DNA of 62,504 bases, filler included. It is 20 parts of 20 records of this genome, joined end to end, with 100 filler letters (N's around TTAATTAATTAA, not from the genome) between each part and the next. Parts side by side here need not be neighbours in the genome. Positions count along the whole stretch, not along the records: positions 34,849 to 39,065 come from SRR11831580_5081; positions 39,166 to 43,923 come from SRR11831580_5107; positions 44,024 to 46,700 come from SRR11831580_5115; positions 46,801 to 49,666 come from SRR11831580_5119; 16 more parts are not named here. The stretch is one strand, 5' to 3'. Of the stretch, positions 38,101 through 49,766 are shown piece by piece. The position numbers and the translations under genes are program-made. The notes under the pieces were generated by a model, which saw only the letters and a list, made by a program, of their open reading frames with translations, ran no database searches and had not been told where the DNA came from. Every line of letters starts with the position of its first letter. Position 1 is the stretch's first letter.

Positions 38101-38145
38101 GCGTATGTTGCAACAGCACTGGCTGTCCTCCTCGCGCGGTTCTGA
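35107..38145 (+). CDS. Eukaryotic Cys-less pentameric ligand-gated ion channel subunit, 11 exons, about 531 aa (5' exon uncertain)
   Basis: Exons 35107-35200(?), 35259-35380, 35502-35606, 35734-35882, 36053-36161, 36357-36440, 36512-36634, 36774-37091, 37301-37510, 37657-37842, 38050-38145 splice in frame; motifs YDGRVLP, LRQMWYDARL, LWTPGLTFVN, NFPFDDQ, pre-M1 Arg, M1 Pro, M2-M3 PPVSYIT, M4. Confidence 0.92.
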
Positions 38146-38879
38146 GCCGTTGGTGCTGGTGCGTTCCTGTGTATGTCTCGTGGGCGTATATGAGTAAACG
38201 TGGCGTCCAGTATGTTGATGCACGTTGTCTGCATCAAATGGGCGGCGTTTTTTTCAGTTTTGTTGGGCGCTATCGGTGGCGTCATTACATTATTATTGTA
38301 CGACCCGATTCGGTCATGTTTGTCTTGTATGTGATGGGAATGTCGGTCCCACCATAGCGTTGGACGCTATGGTGTCGGTGCGGAGTGCAGGGCACTTCTA
38401 CATGTTTACTACGACGGTGTGATGTGCAGGAGGCGGTAAATGTGTGCGTATGCGTGTATTGGCATGTACCCAAGGCGCGTGCGTAGGGTTTTAGCGGATG
38501 TGAGTCTATTATGTATGTAGTGGTGTGTATATTTTGTATGTAGTGATGTGCGATGAGAGAGAGACCTCTGTTGAATGAGGTATGTTGTGTTTTGGGGAGG
38601 AAGGAAGGTACGATGTATCAAATGAATACATCATGAGTTTGTTTCAGTTGATTGTGTACTACATGCGTTGTGCTGGTTCAAGAAGTGGAGCACAGAGTCA
38701 TCTATCTTTTACCATACTGCTACGTGACAGCAAAGGTCTACTATGTTACATCAAGGAAAAGGCACAGAGCAACCGCCACAGCAGTGCATAGCCCAAAGGA
38801 GATACAAAGCACACACTCTCGAACCAAACACACACGGAGAAACAGCTCACGCACAGCACATCCAGCCGAGTGCGTCCCT

Positions 38880-39065
38880 TCACTGCTCCTCTTTCTTCAC
38901 CAGGCTGCGGATCTTTAGCTTGAACGTGTAGTTCAGCTTGTACGGCTCAAACAGGCTCGTGTCAGCCAGCTTGCGCGCCTGCTGCCGAAACTCCTGCGCC
39001 TTCTCCACTTTCTGCACGTCCATGTCCAGGGTGGGTCGTGGGGTTGGCTCTACATGCATGGGGGC
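38880..39065 (-). CDS. 3' end of an unidentified eukaryotic gene, convergent with the channel
   Basis: Open GC3-rich frame ...LDMDVQKVEKAQEFRQQARKLADTSLFEPYKLNYTFKLKIRSLVKKEEQ*. Confidence 0.5.
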   Translation of the reverse strand, partial: APMHVEPTPRPTLDMDVQKVEKAQEFRQQARKLADTSLFEPYKLNYTFKLKIRSLVKKEEQ

Positions 39066-39165
39066 NNNNNNNNNNNNNNNNNNNNNNNNNNNNNNNNNNN
39101 NNNNNNNNNTTAATTAATTAANNNNNNNNNNNNNNNNNNNNNNNNNNNNNNNNNNNNNNNNNNNN

Positions 39166-40117
39166 GAGCCGAACCCGATGGTGGTGCGCACCTGGAGCAG
39201 CATGAGCAAACACACACAACCATCACACATGTTTACAACGATCGCACTGCACCACAGCACACACAGCCCCGTAACAAACGCGCATACCTTAATGAACGAC
39301 GGCCGAGTGGTCTCCTCCTGCGCCGCCTTGATCGCCGCACGCAGCGAGCTCAGGTCACGGTCGCCATCGCCCACCGTCTGCACGTGCCAGCCGTACGCAG
39401 CAAAGCGTGCCGCCACGTCCTCTGTGAACGCAAGCTCGGTCTCGCCGTCGATGGTGATCTTGTTGTCGTCGTAGAACACAATCAGACGGCCCAGACCCAG
39501 ATGGCCCGCCAGCGACGCAGCCTCAGAGGTGATGCCTTCCATCATGCAGCCGTCACCGCAGATGCAGTAGGTGAATGAGTTGAAGAGCTCAAAGTCGGGC
39601 GTGTTGAAAGTGGCGGCCATGTGAGCCTGGGCGATTGCAATACCCACGGCGTTGGAGAAACCCTGCCCGAGAGGACCGGTGGACACTTCGACACCGGGCG
39701 TGATGTGCGCTTCGGGATGCCCGGGAGTCTTGCTGTGCAGCTGACGGAACCGCTTCAGCTCATCCATGGGCAGCTCGTAGCCGGAGAGGTGCAGCATGGA
39801 GTACTGGCGAGACAATGAGCGGTGGATTGACGAAAGAACCACCGCAGGCGTACCTGGAGTGCACAACCATGCCCGTTGGAGAGGACAAACCGGTCACGGT
39901 TCACCTGAAAACGACTGATTGAGTCCAATTGCACAATCATGGGAAATCATACCCACTCCGGTTCGCGAGGTGCGTAGCGCATAACCTCACCCCAAAGCAA
40001 ATGAGCGATAGGGGCGCAGCCCAGCGGGGCACCAGGATGCCCACTGTTGGCCTTGGTCACCATGTCCGCGGACAAAACACGGATGGTGTTCACGCATAGC
40101 TGCTCCTCGGGATTCAT
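39166..40117 (-). CDS. TKT: Eukaryotic transketolase, 5' part
   Basis: [61 protein letters not shown]; introns 39905-39952, 39804-39853, 39192-39287. Confidence 0.97.
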
Positions 40118-40373
40118 TCTTAACTGCTATGCAGAGGTCTGAGAGTCGAAAGATGAAAAGCAGCGATGCCAATTGCCTATCCCACCGAACACGCACATGT
40201 TCTAGTTCGATCGCTCGGAATCTCGTGTTGACACTTTCAGAATCGAGTCCCCGTTCCGTTCGCTTGCTCGGACCCTCGATTCGAGACTACTGTCTCTCTG
40301 CAATGTCTGCATGATCTATGCGCAGTGTGGGGGTGCGGACTGTCATAGTGAGCAGCCTGTAAGAGATGAGACT

Positions 40374-43300
40374 ATGGGTGACATAACGGATAACCCGGAT
40401 CGCTGGTCGTCTGCCAGCATTTCGCTGCCCAGATTACCGACTGCACCCACCACTCCCGGTGATGCATTGGCTCGCGCTGCTCAACGCTTGCCTGCATTTG
40501 TTGGTCCGAACTCTGCGCGTCTGTCAACATCGAAAGCGTCATGGAAGAAACCGAATCCATTCGTGTCCTCCACGAAGGAGTCAAGCCTGGAGGTGTGGCC
40601 CGCTGGTGCAGGATCAACTTATAGTGAGCGAATGTATGCATCGAAAGCAACGCCTCGATTTCTGCAACAGATTCAGAATTATCTCGATGCTGAATTAGCG
40701 AGAATTCCGAACACAAGGTTCGTTGTTGTCGAATTCCATTCAAGGCATCTAAATTCTGTTTATAGTGATCTGCCCAGCGAAGCGCGTCTGCAAGTATTTC
40801 GGGAAGTATTTGGTGCGTCTGTGATTCAAATATCAGGGTTTGCTTTTTAGGGAGAGTTAATATTTCGCTGTACTACAGAGTTTATCATTCGGGACTTCCG
40901 TTCGTACCAGCCTATCTTGGCAGCTATCAAAAAAGAATATGAGGGTCTTCTGGAACACTACTCCCAGCAGATTCGGTTCATGTACGTTCCTGTTGTATGC
41001 ACTTTATCGACACGGCGATGCTCAGTTCACCTTTCACTGCGTGTTCTCGTGTGTTAATTCGGCTTCGTGCTCGTGGTTGGTTGTGAGTAGGCAACCGCTG
41101 CAAGCTCGCCTGTCTACAATCAAAACGGAAGCAGATTCGGCGATCAAAACAATGCAATCTCGCACAGAGGCGGTGGAGGAAAGACTGCGGGAGAACCTCA
41201 GAGAGAGCGAGAAAGAAAACAGAGAGCTGCGGACCAAAGTGGATATTCTGGGCATGGAGAACGACGAACTCAAAGAACAGCTGATGGCGGCCGAACAACT
41301 TCTGGCTGAAAGTAAGGAGTCCAAATCATTGTTGTACAGAGCGATGCGCAGAATGCAGGATGAGAGAGATGCTAGTGGGGCGATGGCAGACGAGCACGGT
41401 GGCACAGTGCACAGCCTCACGCAGAAGCTGAATCATGGTATGCGTCTGTCGGTAGTGTTCATCTGTGACACCGTCACCTGATCTTGAAACTGATTATGAG
41501 AGTGTGTGTGTGCAGCTCAAACGGAGCTGACGCGGACTTTGGCGGAGCTCGCGCAAAAGAACGAAGAACTCAAATTACGCGTGCACCGATCCAAGCTGGA
41601 AGAAGCAGAGAACGAACTATCTCGCTCGCAGACACACCTTGCCGCCTTTAAGAAGACCTATCATACGCTGGTGCGTGTATAAATGCAACCACTTCCCGTC
41701 TCCAACAGGCTCATCTTGTGTGTTGTTTGTTCTATGTGTAGATGACGGAGCATGCTGTGCTGGCGGAGCGGCTGAAGCAAGCTCTTGTGATGCAGTCGGT
41801 GGCGGAGAACGAGCGAGATGCCTTGAAGCAGAACGGAGGTGCTCGTATTGATTGGACGGACGCGCCCAACCACTATGCCGCAGTTGAGATTGAGGGCCAT
41901 CCGGACCAGGACATCGTGGAGCAGCTGTACCGCGAGTTAGATCGGGTACGTGAAGACTCAGTTGCCTGTTTACGATCACATCGTTAACGTTTATTGTTTT
42001 CTATCCGTCCAGTTGAGTGGCAAGCGGTGTCAGACACGCACTAGCTCCACGAATCAAGGTGGGCCAGACTTCTTTGATTCACGAGGAACTGGCTCTGATG
42101 TCCCCAAGTACTTACGCTACCCCGCGGGTCAATCTATTCGAAATCGACGGCTGGCCAAACGCGACACCGAGGTGATGATCAAGGATATCTGGGACGAGAA
42201 AATCAAGTACGACAAGGCCCATTCTGCAAAGGATTCGGTACGCTGCGAGTGCTTTAATCTGGTCCCTTGTTTAACTGTGTGGCGTTTGTAGATGGAGAAT
42301 TTCTTCCTTCTGTATCTGCAGAATCGGTTTGGCATCGCGAATGTGATCGCCGAGTACGCGTACAGTTTGGTGGACGCCCTCGAGAGGTTCAACTACGACC
42401 CTGATTGCGACCTGTTCCAGAAGATTTTAGAAGGTTTGACGTCGTGAAACCTTCGTCTGTAATGTTCATTCGCCCGACTTGTTCACTCATGCGTATCGTT
42501 CTGTAGGAGAGCTGGAGGAGGATGTATATATGGACCAGATGAACATGCTCAAGGACCTCGAAGGTTACATTCAGCGTGTGGCTGCCCGTGAGGCCCAGCA
42601 CCCTACAGACATGATTGCGCGCGACAGCCTTACTCTTTGTCTGAAGAGGTTCTTCCCGGGAAAAAGCGAAGAGCATTTCGTGGCGTTACACAAGGTACTT
42701 GCCCTAGTGCCCGCGTGTGTAGTGAGCTTCGGAGCTGGGTCCTCACGTGTGTGTTATTTCCCCGCTCGCAGGCACTGCAAAATGACCAGCCCGAGGGGCC
42801 CGTGCGATGGCCTGCGTTGTTCGAAGAGGACCGCGAAGGCAGTCAGTGTGAGTTTATGGAACTGCTGCGGGATCAGCACGTGAGCGAACGCGAAGAATAC
42901 CTCCATCATCTTGAGGTATGTCCCTCTCTCCCGTTATATGGGGTGAAGCGCTTTCACTGTCTTCGTTGCTGAAACTCGAAAACCCCTGCAGACGCATTTG
43001 AAGGAGATCTACATGGCGAAGGAGGTGCAGAGAGCCGAGGACTATGGCAAAGTCACGTTCGCTGATGTAAAATCCGCATTCTCCGTGGTACGTCTGTGCG
43101 TGCGCGTCCCACTACGGTATTGCCTCATGTCACAGCGTCTATCTGAGGATGTCACTTACCCGATCTTGTAGGTGGACCCCAACAAACGCGATGGCGAACT
43201 GGAAACTTACCTATCGCGTGGATTCGGTGTGCCGAGCAAGATGCTCAAACCAGAGTTGACCATCGTGGTCACAGAGTTTATCAGAGTACGCTCGCCTCCC

Positions 43301-43566
43301 CATTGTCACTGCACCGTGAATACAGAAACAGTTCACTCACGCCTGCCTCACGTGTGTAGAGACTCAAGCGCGGGGTTGTGCGGAGATCCACCAAGAAAGT
43401 CACTGCGAAACCTGAGTTGGTATCGAAGAAGCCAAGTATCTTCGCATCCATGACACAGCTGCGCACACGCCCGTCCGTAATTGCCACCACGCAGGGCGGT
43501 GCATTAGCGGACCTGAGACCGAGTCCCAGTTCAACCAGTATCACATCCATGCACAGTGACACCTGA
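40374..43566 (+). CDS. TSNAXIP1: Translin-associated factor X-interacting protein 1-like coiled-coil protein, multi-exon (alternative ATG at 40311)
   Basis: PRFLQQIQNYLDAEL, RLQVFREVF|EFIIRDFRSYQPILAAIKKEYEGLL, FFDSRGTGSDVPKYLR, FFLLYLQNRFG...EYAYSLVDAL match TSNAXIP1 blocks as I recall them; GT-AG introns; stop at 43566. Confidence 0.85.
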
Positions 43567-43696
43567 CGAGCTGCTCGCCTCGCGCACTTGCACGTTCTGG
43601 ACAGTGGTGAGGGGAAGGGAGTGGGGCGTTGGTTTCGAGATTGATGTAAATGAATAGCAGAGTGTTCGATTCATACTTTTGATACGCTCGCGCAGA

Positions 43697-43907
43697 TCAC
43701 AGGGCCGGCTCTGATTCTGTGGGGAGCAAAAAGTCTGCGATCTCGTTCCTGCATCAAACATTCATATCAATCAGGGCTAGGTAAAACGACCACACGGCAC
43801 AAGCAACAAAGACAACACGCGCGCCACACAGGAGGGGCCCCGAACACGCACGCACCTCTTGTCCTCTTCGGATACCAGCTTTCGCGTCAATCGCTTGATC
43901 TCCTGCT
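43697..43907 (-). CDS. Last two exons of an unidentified convergent eukaryotic gene
   Basis: Exons 43907-43856 and 43748-43697 with gtgcgt...tgcag intron give QEIKRLTRKLVSEEDKRNEIADFLLPTESEPAL*. Confidence 0.4.
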
Positions 43908-44023
43908 CTGTAGCGGGAGGGCANNNNNNNNNNNNNNNNNNNNNNNNNNNNNNNNNNNNNNNNNNNNTTAATTAATTAANNNNNNNNNNNNNNNNNNNNN
44001 NNNNNNNNNNNNNNNNNNNNNNN

Positions 44024-44888
44024 AGCTACAGCGCAGTTGCAGGTCGATTTCGCTGCCAGAAACCGGCTGTAAAGTACGGGCGTGAAGAACGGGAGCCGCC
44101 AGGCGCGCCAGTTCGCTGGCCTCATCCAGACGCAGCAACGGCAGCAGGCAGGCATCTTTCACTTTACGCGGGTCGGCACTGTATACCCCGGCGACGTCGC
44201 TCCAGATGGTTACGCGAGAAACACCCGCCAGCGCACCGATTTGTGTCGCGGAATAGTCGGAACCGTTACGCCCCAGCAGCACCGTTTCACCGGCGTTGTT
44301 GCGGCTGATAAATCCGGTCACCACCAGACGTTTGCCCGGATGTTGCACCAGCAGCTGTTGCAGCAACGGGTAAGAAAGCCCTTCATCAACCTGCGGTTGT
44401 GCGGCGCGTTCAGCGCGTAAAAACTCGCGGGCATCAAGCCAGGCCGCTGGCAGCCCTTGTTGATTAAGTACCGCAGACATCAGACGTGCCGACCATACTT
44501 CCCCGTGGCCCACCACTTCCGCATACACTGCGTCGTTAATACCGCTGTCGAGCAGCGCCGCCAGGCGCTCAAGGTCGCTGACAAAAGCGCTAATGAGGCT
44601 ATCGGCTTCTTCAGCGGGTAGCAGACCGCTAATCAGATCGCACTGATAGCGACGCAGCGTTTGTTGAACCTGATGCGCAGAGAGACGATCGGTCTGGCTT
44701 AGTTTCAACCAGTTAATCAACTGGTTAGTGGTGCTACCGGCGGCGGAAACCACCATCATATCGTCAGGCTGAGAGTACTCCGCCATAATGCCCGCGACAC
44801 GCAAATAACACTTCACATCAGCCAGACTACTGCCACCAAATTTATGCAGCTGACGACCTTTCGCCCCTGCCTGCGCAATCACACTCAT
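44024..44888 (-). CDS. metL: Aspartokinase II/homoserine dehydrogenase II, 3' truncated
   Basis: HKFGGSSLAD, LGRNGSDYSA. Confidence 0.98.
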
Positions 44889-44890
44889 TT

Positions 44891-46051
44891 TTACCCCTTG
44901 TTTGCAGCCCGGAAGCCATTTTCCAGGTCGGCAATTAAATCTTCGCCATCTTCAATACCGGTGGAGATACGCAGCAGCGTCTCGGAGATCCCGGCGGCAG
45001 CACGCGCTTCTGGTGCCATGCCTGCATGTGTCATGGTTGCGGCGTGAGAGATTAAACTTTCCACTCCCCCTAATGATTCCGCCAGCGTAAACAACGACAG
45101 CCCGCCCAGGAAACGACGCAGCGTCTGCTCATCGCCATCCAGTTCAAAACTCAACATTGCGCCAAAGCCTTTTTGCTGGCGCGCGGCAATTTCATGCCCC
45201 TGATTTTCCGGCAACGACGGGTGATACAGTTTTTTCACCAACGGCTGGGTTTGCAGGTATTTCACAATCGCCTGCGCGTTGCGCTGCGCCAGCTCCATAC
45301 GCGGCACCAGCGTTCGCAACCCACGTAGCAGCAGATAGCTGTCAAACGCGCCGCCCGTCACGCCAATATTGTTTGCCCACCAGGCCAGTTCAGTGACAAC
45401 GTCCGGGTCTTTAGCAATCACCACGCCGGCCACTACGTCTGAGTGACCGTTCAGATATTTCGTGCATGAATGCAACACCAGATCGGCACCTAATGCCAGC
45501 GGATTTTGTAATGCCGGGCTTAAGAAGGTGTTATCCACCACGCTCACCGCCCCGACTTCCCTTGCCAGATGGCAGATTTTCGCAATATCCACGACGCGTA
45601 ACAATGGATTACTTGGGCTTTCTACCAGTACCAGTTTGGGTTTTTCTGCCAGCGCTGCCCGTAATGCCTGTTCATCGCCTTGATCAACAAACAACACGCG
45701 ATAGCAACCGCGTTTCGCCAGACTGTCGAACAGGCGATAGCTACCGCCGTAGCAGTCGTGCGGCGCAACCAGCAGATCGCCAGGTTTCAAAAAGACGGTC
45801 GTTACCAGGTGAATCGCGGACATGCCGGTATTAGTAAGTACTGCACCAGCACCACCTTCCAGTTCTGCCAGCGCACGCTGAACCACATCGCGCGTTGGGT
45901 TGCCGCGACGCGAGTAATCATGCGCGCGCGGTTCATTAAATCCGGTAAAGTTATAGGTGCTGGAAAGATGGATCGGTGGGACAACGCAACCATACTGTTC
46001 GTCGTCATTTAACCCGCTACGCACTGCGATGGTGGCCTGTTTACGCGTCAT
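44891..46051 (-). CDS. metB: Cystathionine gamma-synthase
   Basis: MTRKQATIAVRSG, 386 aa, HSCTKYLNGHSD PLP lysine. Confidence 0.99.
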   Translation of the reverse strand: MTRKQATIAVRSGLNDDEQYGCVVPPIHLSSTYNFTGFNEPRAHDYSRRGNPTRDVVQRALAELEGGAGAVLTNTGMSAIHLVTTVFLKPGDLLVAPHDCYGGSYRLFDSLAKRGCYRVLFVDQGDEQALRAALAEKPKLVLVESPSNPLLRVVDIAKICHLAREVGAVSVVDNTFLSPALQNPLALGADLVLHSCTKYLNGHSDVVAGVVIAKDPDVVTELAWWANNIGVTGGAFDSYLLLRGLRTLVPRMELAQRNAQAIVKYLQTQPLVKKLYHPSLPENQGHEIAARQQKGFGAMLSFELDGDEQTLRRFLGGLSLFTLAESLGGVESLISHAATMTHAGMAPEARAAAGISETLLRISTGIEDGEDLIADLENGFRAANKG

Positions 46052-46114
46052 GTGATGAAGTTCCCTGGGCTTTGTCGGTGAAATGTCAGGCACCAGAGTA
46101 AACATTGTGTTAAT

Positions 46115-46154
46115 GGACGTCAATACATCTGGACATCTAAACTTCTTTGCGTAT
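46115..46154. promoter_or_regulatory. Tandem MetJ boxes
   Basis: GGACGTCA ATACATCT GGACATCT AAACTTCT TTGCGTAT versus consensus AGACGTCT. Confidence 0.85.
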
Positions 46155-46327
46155 AGATTGAGCAAATCCCAAATAGCCGTTAAAATTATATGCATTATCA
46201 CGCCGACAGGTGCATTACACGATGTCACGGTAACGCCTGTACGGTAAACTATGCGGGTTTACGGTCAGTACCCACATCAACTGTGTGGTCTGGTCTCAAT
46301 TTATTGACGAAGAGGATTAAGTATCTC

Positions 46328-46645
46328 ATGGCTGAATGGAGCGGCGAATATATCAGCCCATACGCTGAGCACGGCAAGAAGAGTGAACAAGTCAAAAAGA
46401 TTACGGTTTCCATTCCTCTTAAGGTGTTAAAAATCCTCACCGATGAACGCACGCGTCGTCAGGTGAACAACCTGCGTCACGCTACCAACAGCGAGCTGCT
46501 GTGCGAAGCGTTTCTGCATGCCTTTACCGGGCAACCTTTGCCGGATGATGCCGATCTGCGTAAAGAGCGCAGCGACGAAATCCCGGAAGCGGCAAAAGAG
46601 ATCATGCGTGAGATGGGGATTAACCCGGAGACGTGGGAATACTAA
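46328..46645 (+). CDS. metJ: Methionine repressor
   Basis: [18 protein letters not shown], 105 aa. Confidence 0.99.
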
Positions 46646-46674
46646 AGCAAAAAAGAGCGGCGCGGAGTGGAATC

Positions 46675-46700
46675 GCCTGATGCGCTACGCTTATCAGGCC
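46675..46700. repeat. REP element at contig end
   Basis: GCCTGATGCGCTACGCTTATCAGGCC. Confidence 0.9.
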
Positions 46701-46800
46701 NNNNNNNNNNNNNNNNNNNNNNNNNNNNNNNNNNNNNNNNNNNNTTAATTAATTAANNNNNNNNNNNNNNNNNNNNNNNNNNNNNNNNNNNNNNNNNNNN

Positions 46801-46829
46801 GTAGGCCTGATAAGCGTAGCGCATCAGGC
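46801..46829. repeat. REP element at contig start
   Basis: GTAGGCCTGATAAGCGTAGCGCATCAGGC. Confidence 0.9.
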
Positions 46830-46852
46830 TATTTTGCATTTGTCATCAGCCG

Positions 46853-46881
46853 CCGTCACCCCGACAGTATCGGGGTGACGG
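46853..46881 (-). terminator. Hairpin downstream of ybiT
   Basis: 12-bp inverted repeat CCGTCACCCCGA/TCGGGGTGACGG. Confidence 0.7.
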
Positions 46882-46889
46882 ATAATCAC

Positions 46890-48482
46890 TTACTCGATCC
46901 CTTTACTACGCAGGTAATCTTCGTAATTACCGCTAAAGTCGATCACGCGTTCCGGGGTGATTTCCAGAATGCGGGTCGCCAGGGAGCTTACGAACTCACG
47001 GTCGTGTGAAACAAAGATCAGCGTGCCCTGATACAGTTCCAGTGCCATGTTCAGCGACTCAATGGATTCCATATCCAGGTGGTTGGTCGGTTCGTCCATG
47101 ATCAGAATGTTCGGCTTCTGCATCATTAACTTACCAAACAGCATCCGCCCTTTTTCCCCACCGGAAAGCACTTTAGCTGGCTTTTTGATGTCGTCCTGGC
47201 TGAACAGCAAACGACCGAGAATACTGCGTACCGCCTGCTCGTCATCGCCTTCCTGCTTCCACTGGCTCATCCATTCGAACACGGTCAGATCATTTTCAAA
47301 CTCATATTCGTGGTCCTGAGCATAGTAACCAATGCGCGCGTTCTCAGACCATTTTACGGTGCCGCTGTCCGGTTGCAGATCGCCCACCAGCGTTTTCAGC
47401 AGCGTTGATTTACCGACGCCGTTGGTACCCAGTACCGCCAGTTTTTCACCCACTTCCAGCAGCAGGTTGAGATTTTTAAACAGCGGACCGTTATCAAACC
47501 CTTTGGTCAGACCTTCCACTTCCAGCGCGTTACGGAACAGTTTCTTATCCTGTTCAAAACGGATGAACGGGTTCTGACGGCTGGAGGCTTTCACCTCTTC
47601 CAGTTTGATTTTATCAATCTGGCGCGCGCGCGAAGTTGCCTGGCGAGATTTCGAGGCGTTGGCGCTAAAGCGGCTAACGAAAGATTGCAACTCAGCAATC
47701 TGCGCTTTCTTCTTGGCGTTATCGGCCAGCAGACGTTCACGCGCCTGGGTCGCCGCCGTCATGTACTCATCGTAGTTACCCGGATAAACGCGCAGCTCGC
47801 CGTAATCCAGATCCGCCATGTGGGTACAGACCATGTTAAGGAAGTGACGGTCGTGCGAGATGATGATCATGGTGCTGTCACGCTCGTTCAGCACCTGTTC
47901 CAGCCAGCGAATGGTGTCGATGTCGAGGTTGTTGGTCGGTTCGTCGAGCAGGAGAATATCCGGATCAGCAAACAGCGCCTGCGCCAGAAGCACACGCAGC
48001 TTCCAGCCAGGAGCAACTTCACTCATCGGGCCGTAGTGCTGTTCCACTGGAATTCCCACGCCAAGCAACAGTTCACCGGCGCGAGCTTCCGCAGAGTAAC
48101 CGTCCATTTCGCCGTATTTAACTTCCAGATCGGCCACTTTATAGCCGTCTTCTTCACTCATTTCCGGCAAAGCATAGATGCGGTCGCGCTCCTGCTTCAC
48201 TTCCCACAACTCTTTATGCCCCATGATCACCGTATCCAGCACAGTGAACTCTTCAAAGGCAAACTGATCCTGACGCAGTTTACCAATGCGCTCGTTGGGA
48301 TCGAGGGAAACGTTACCCAGCGTCGGCTCAAGGTCGCCGCCGAGGATCTTCATAAAGGTGGATTTACCACTACCGTTCGCGCCAATCAGGCCGTAACGGT
48401 TGCCGCCGCCAAATTTGACGGAAATGTTTTCAAACAACGGCTTACTGCCGAACTGCATGGTGACGTTACTGGAAACTAACAC
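46890..48482 (-). CDS. ybiT: ABC-F family ATPase
   Basis: 530 aa, two ABC cassettes ([16 protein letters not shown]), no TM helices. Confidence 0.97.
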
Positions 48483-48700
48483 AGGCGTATCCTGAAAAGA
48501 GATATGACAAACCGCGCATTATGCCATAAGTCTGAAAGAAGATCCTGCTCCTCGCTTAAGGTCTACACTCAAGCCAAAGGCAAAAAATGTGATTTCGTAC
48601 ACATCTGATTTCACTGTGAGCTGGAATGAACTTATAATGCGCTTCCAATACTCTAATATTCTCAACCCAATGGCCTGCCAGGCACAAAATCTCGCTTAAC

Positions 48701-49621
48701 ATGAATATGAAATTGAAAACATTATTCGCAGCGGCCTTCGCTGTTGTCGGCTTTTGCAGTACCGCCTCTGCGGTAACTTATCCTCTGCCAACCGACGGGA
48801 GTCGCCTGGTTGGTCAGAATCAGGTGATCACCATTCCTGAAGGTAACACTCAGCCGCTGGAGTATTTTGCCGCCGAGTACCAGATGGGGCTTTCCAATAT
48901 GATGGAAGCGAACCCGGGTGTGGATACCTTCCTGCCGAAAGGCGGTACTGTACTGAACATTCCGCAGCAGCTGATCCTGCCGGATACCGTTCATGAAGGC
49001 ATCGTCATTAACAGTGCTGAGATGCGTCTTTATTACTATCCGAAAGGGACCAACACCGTTATCGTGCTGCCGATCGGCATTGGTCAGTTAGGCAAAGATA
49101 CGCCTATCAACTGGACCACCAAAGTTGAGCGTAAAAAAGCAGGCCCGACCTGGACGCCGACCGCCAAAATGCACGCAGAGTACCGCGCTGCGGGCGAACC
49201 GCTTCCGGCTGTCGTTCCGGCAGGTCCGGATAACCCGATGGGGCTGTATGCACTCTATATCGGTCGCCTGTATGCTATCCATGGCACCAACGCCAACTTC
49301 GGTATCGGCCTGCGTGTAAGTCATGGTTGTGTGCGTCTGCGTAACGAAGACATCAAATTCCTGTTCGAGAAAGTACCGGTCGGTACCCGCGTACAGTTTA
49401 TTGATGAGCCGGTAAAAGCGACCACCGAGCCAGACGGCAGCCGTTATATTGAAGTCCATAACCCGCTGTCTACCACCGAAGCCCAGTTTGAAGGTCAGGA
49501 AATTGTGCCAATTACCCTGACGAAGAGCGTGCAGACAGTGACCGGTCAGCCAGATGTTGACCAGGTTGTTCTTGATGAAGCGATTAAAAACCGCTCCGGG
49601 ATGCCGGTTCGTCTGAATTAA
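48701..49621 (+). CDS. ldtB: L,D-transpeptidase LdtB (YbiS)
   Basis: 306 aa, signal peptide, IHGT...SHGCVRL. Confidence 0.97.
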
Positions 49622-49638
49622 TCTTCAAAACTTAAAGC

Positions 49639-49666
49639 AAAAGGCGGACTCATAATCCGCCTTTTT
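49639..49666 (+). terminator. Rho-independent terminator of ldtB
   Basis: AAAAGGCGGA-loop-TCCGCCTTTTT. Confidence 0.85.
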
Positions 49667-49766
49667 NNNNNNNNNNNNNNNNNNNNNNNNNNNNNNNNNN
49701 NNNNNNNNNNTTAATTAATTAANNNNNNNNNNNNNNNNNNNNNNNNNNNNNNNNNNNNNNNNNNNN

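Noticed and set aside
46675-46829. Inverted repeat flanking a gap, like transposon ends
   Set aside because: Two ordinary REP copies at the ends of unrelated contigs (metJ and ybiT); assemblies tend to break at REPs
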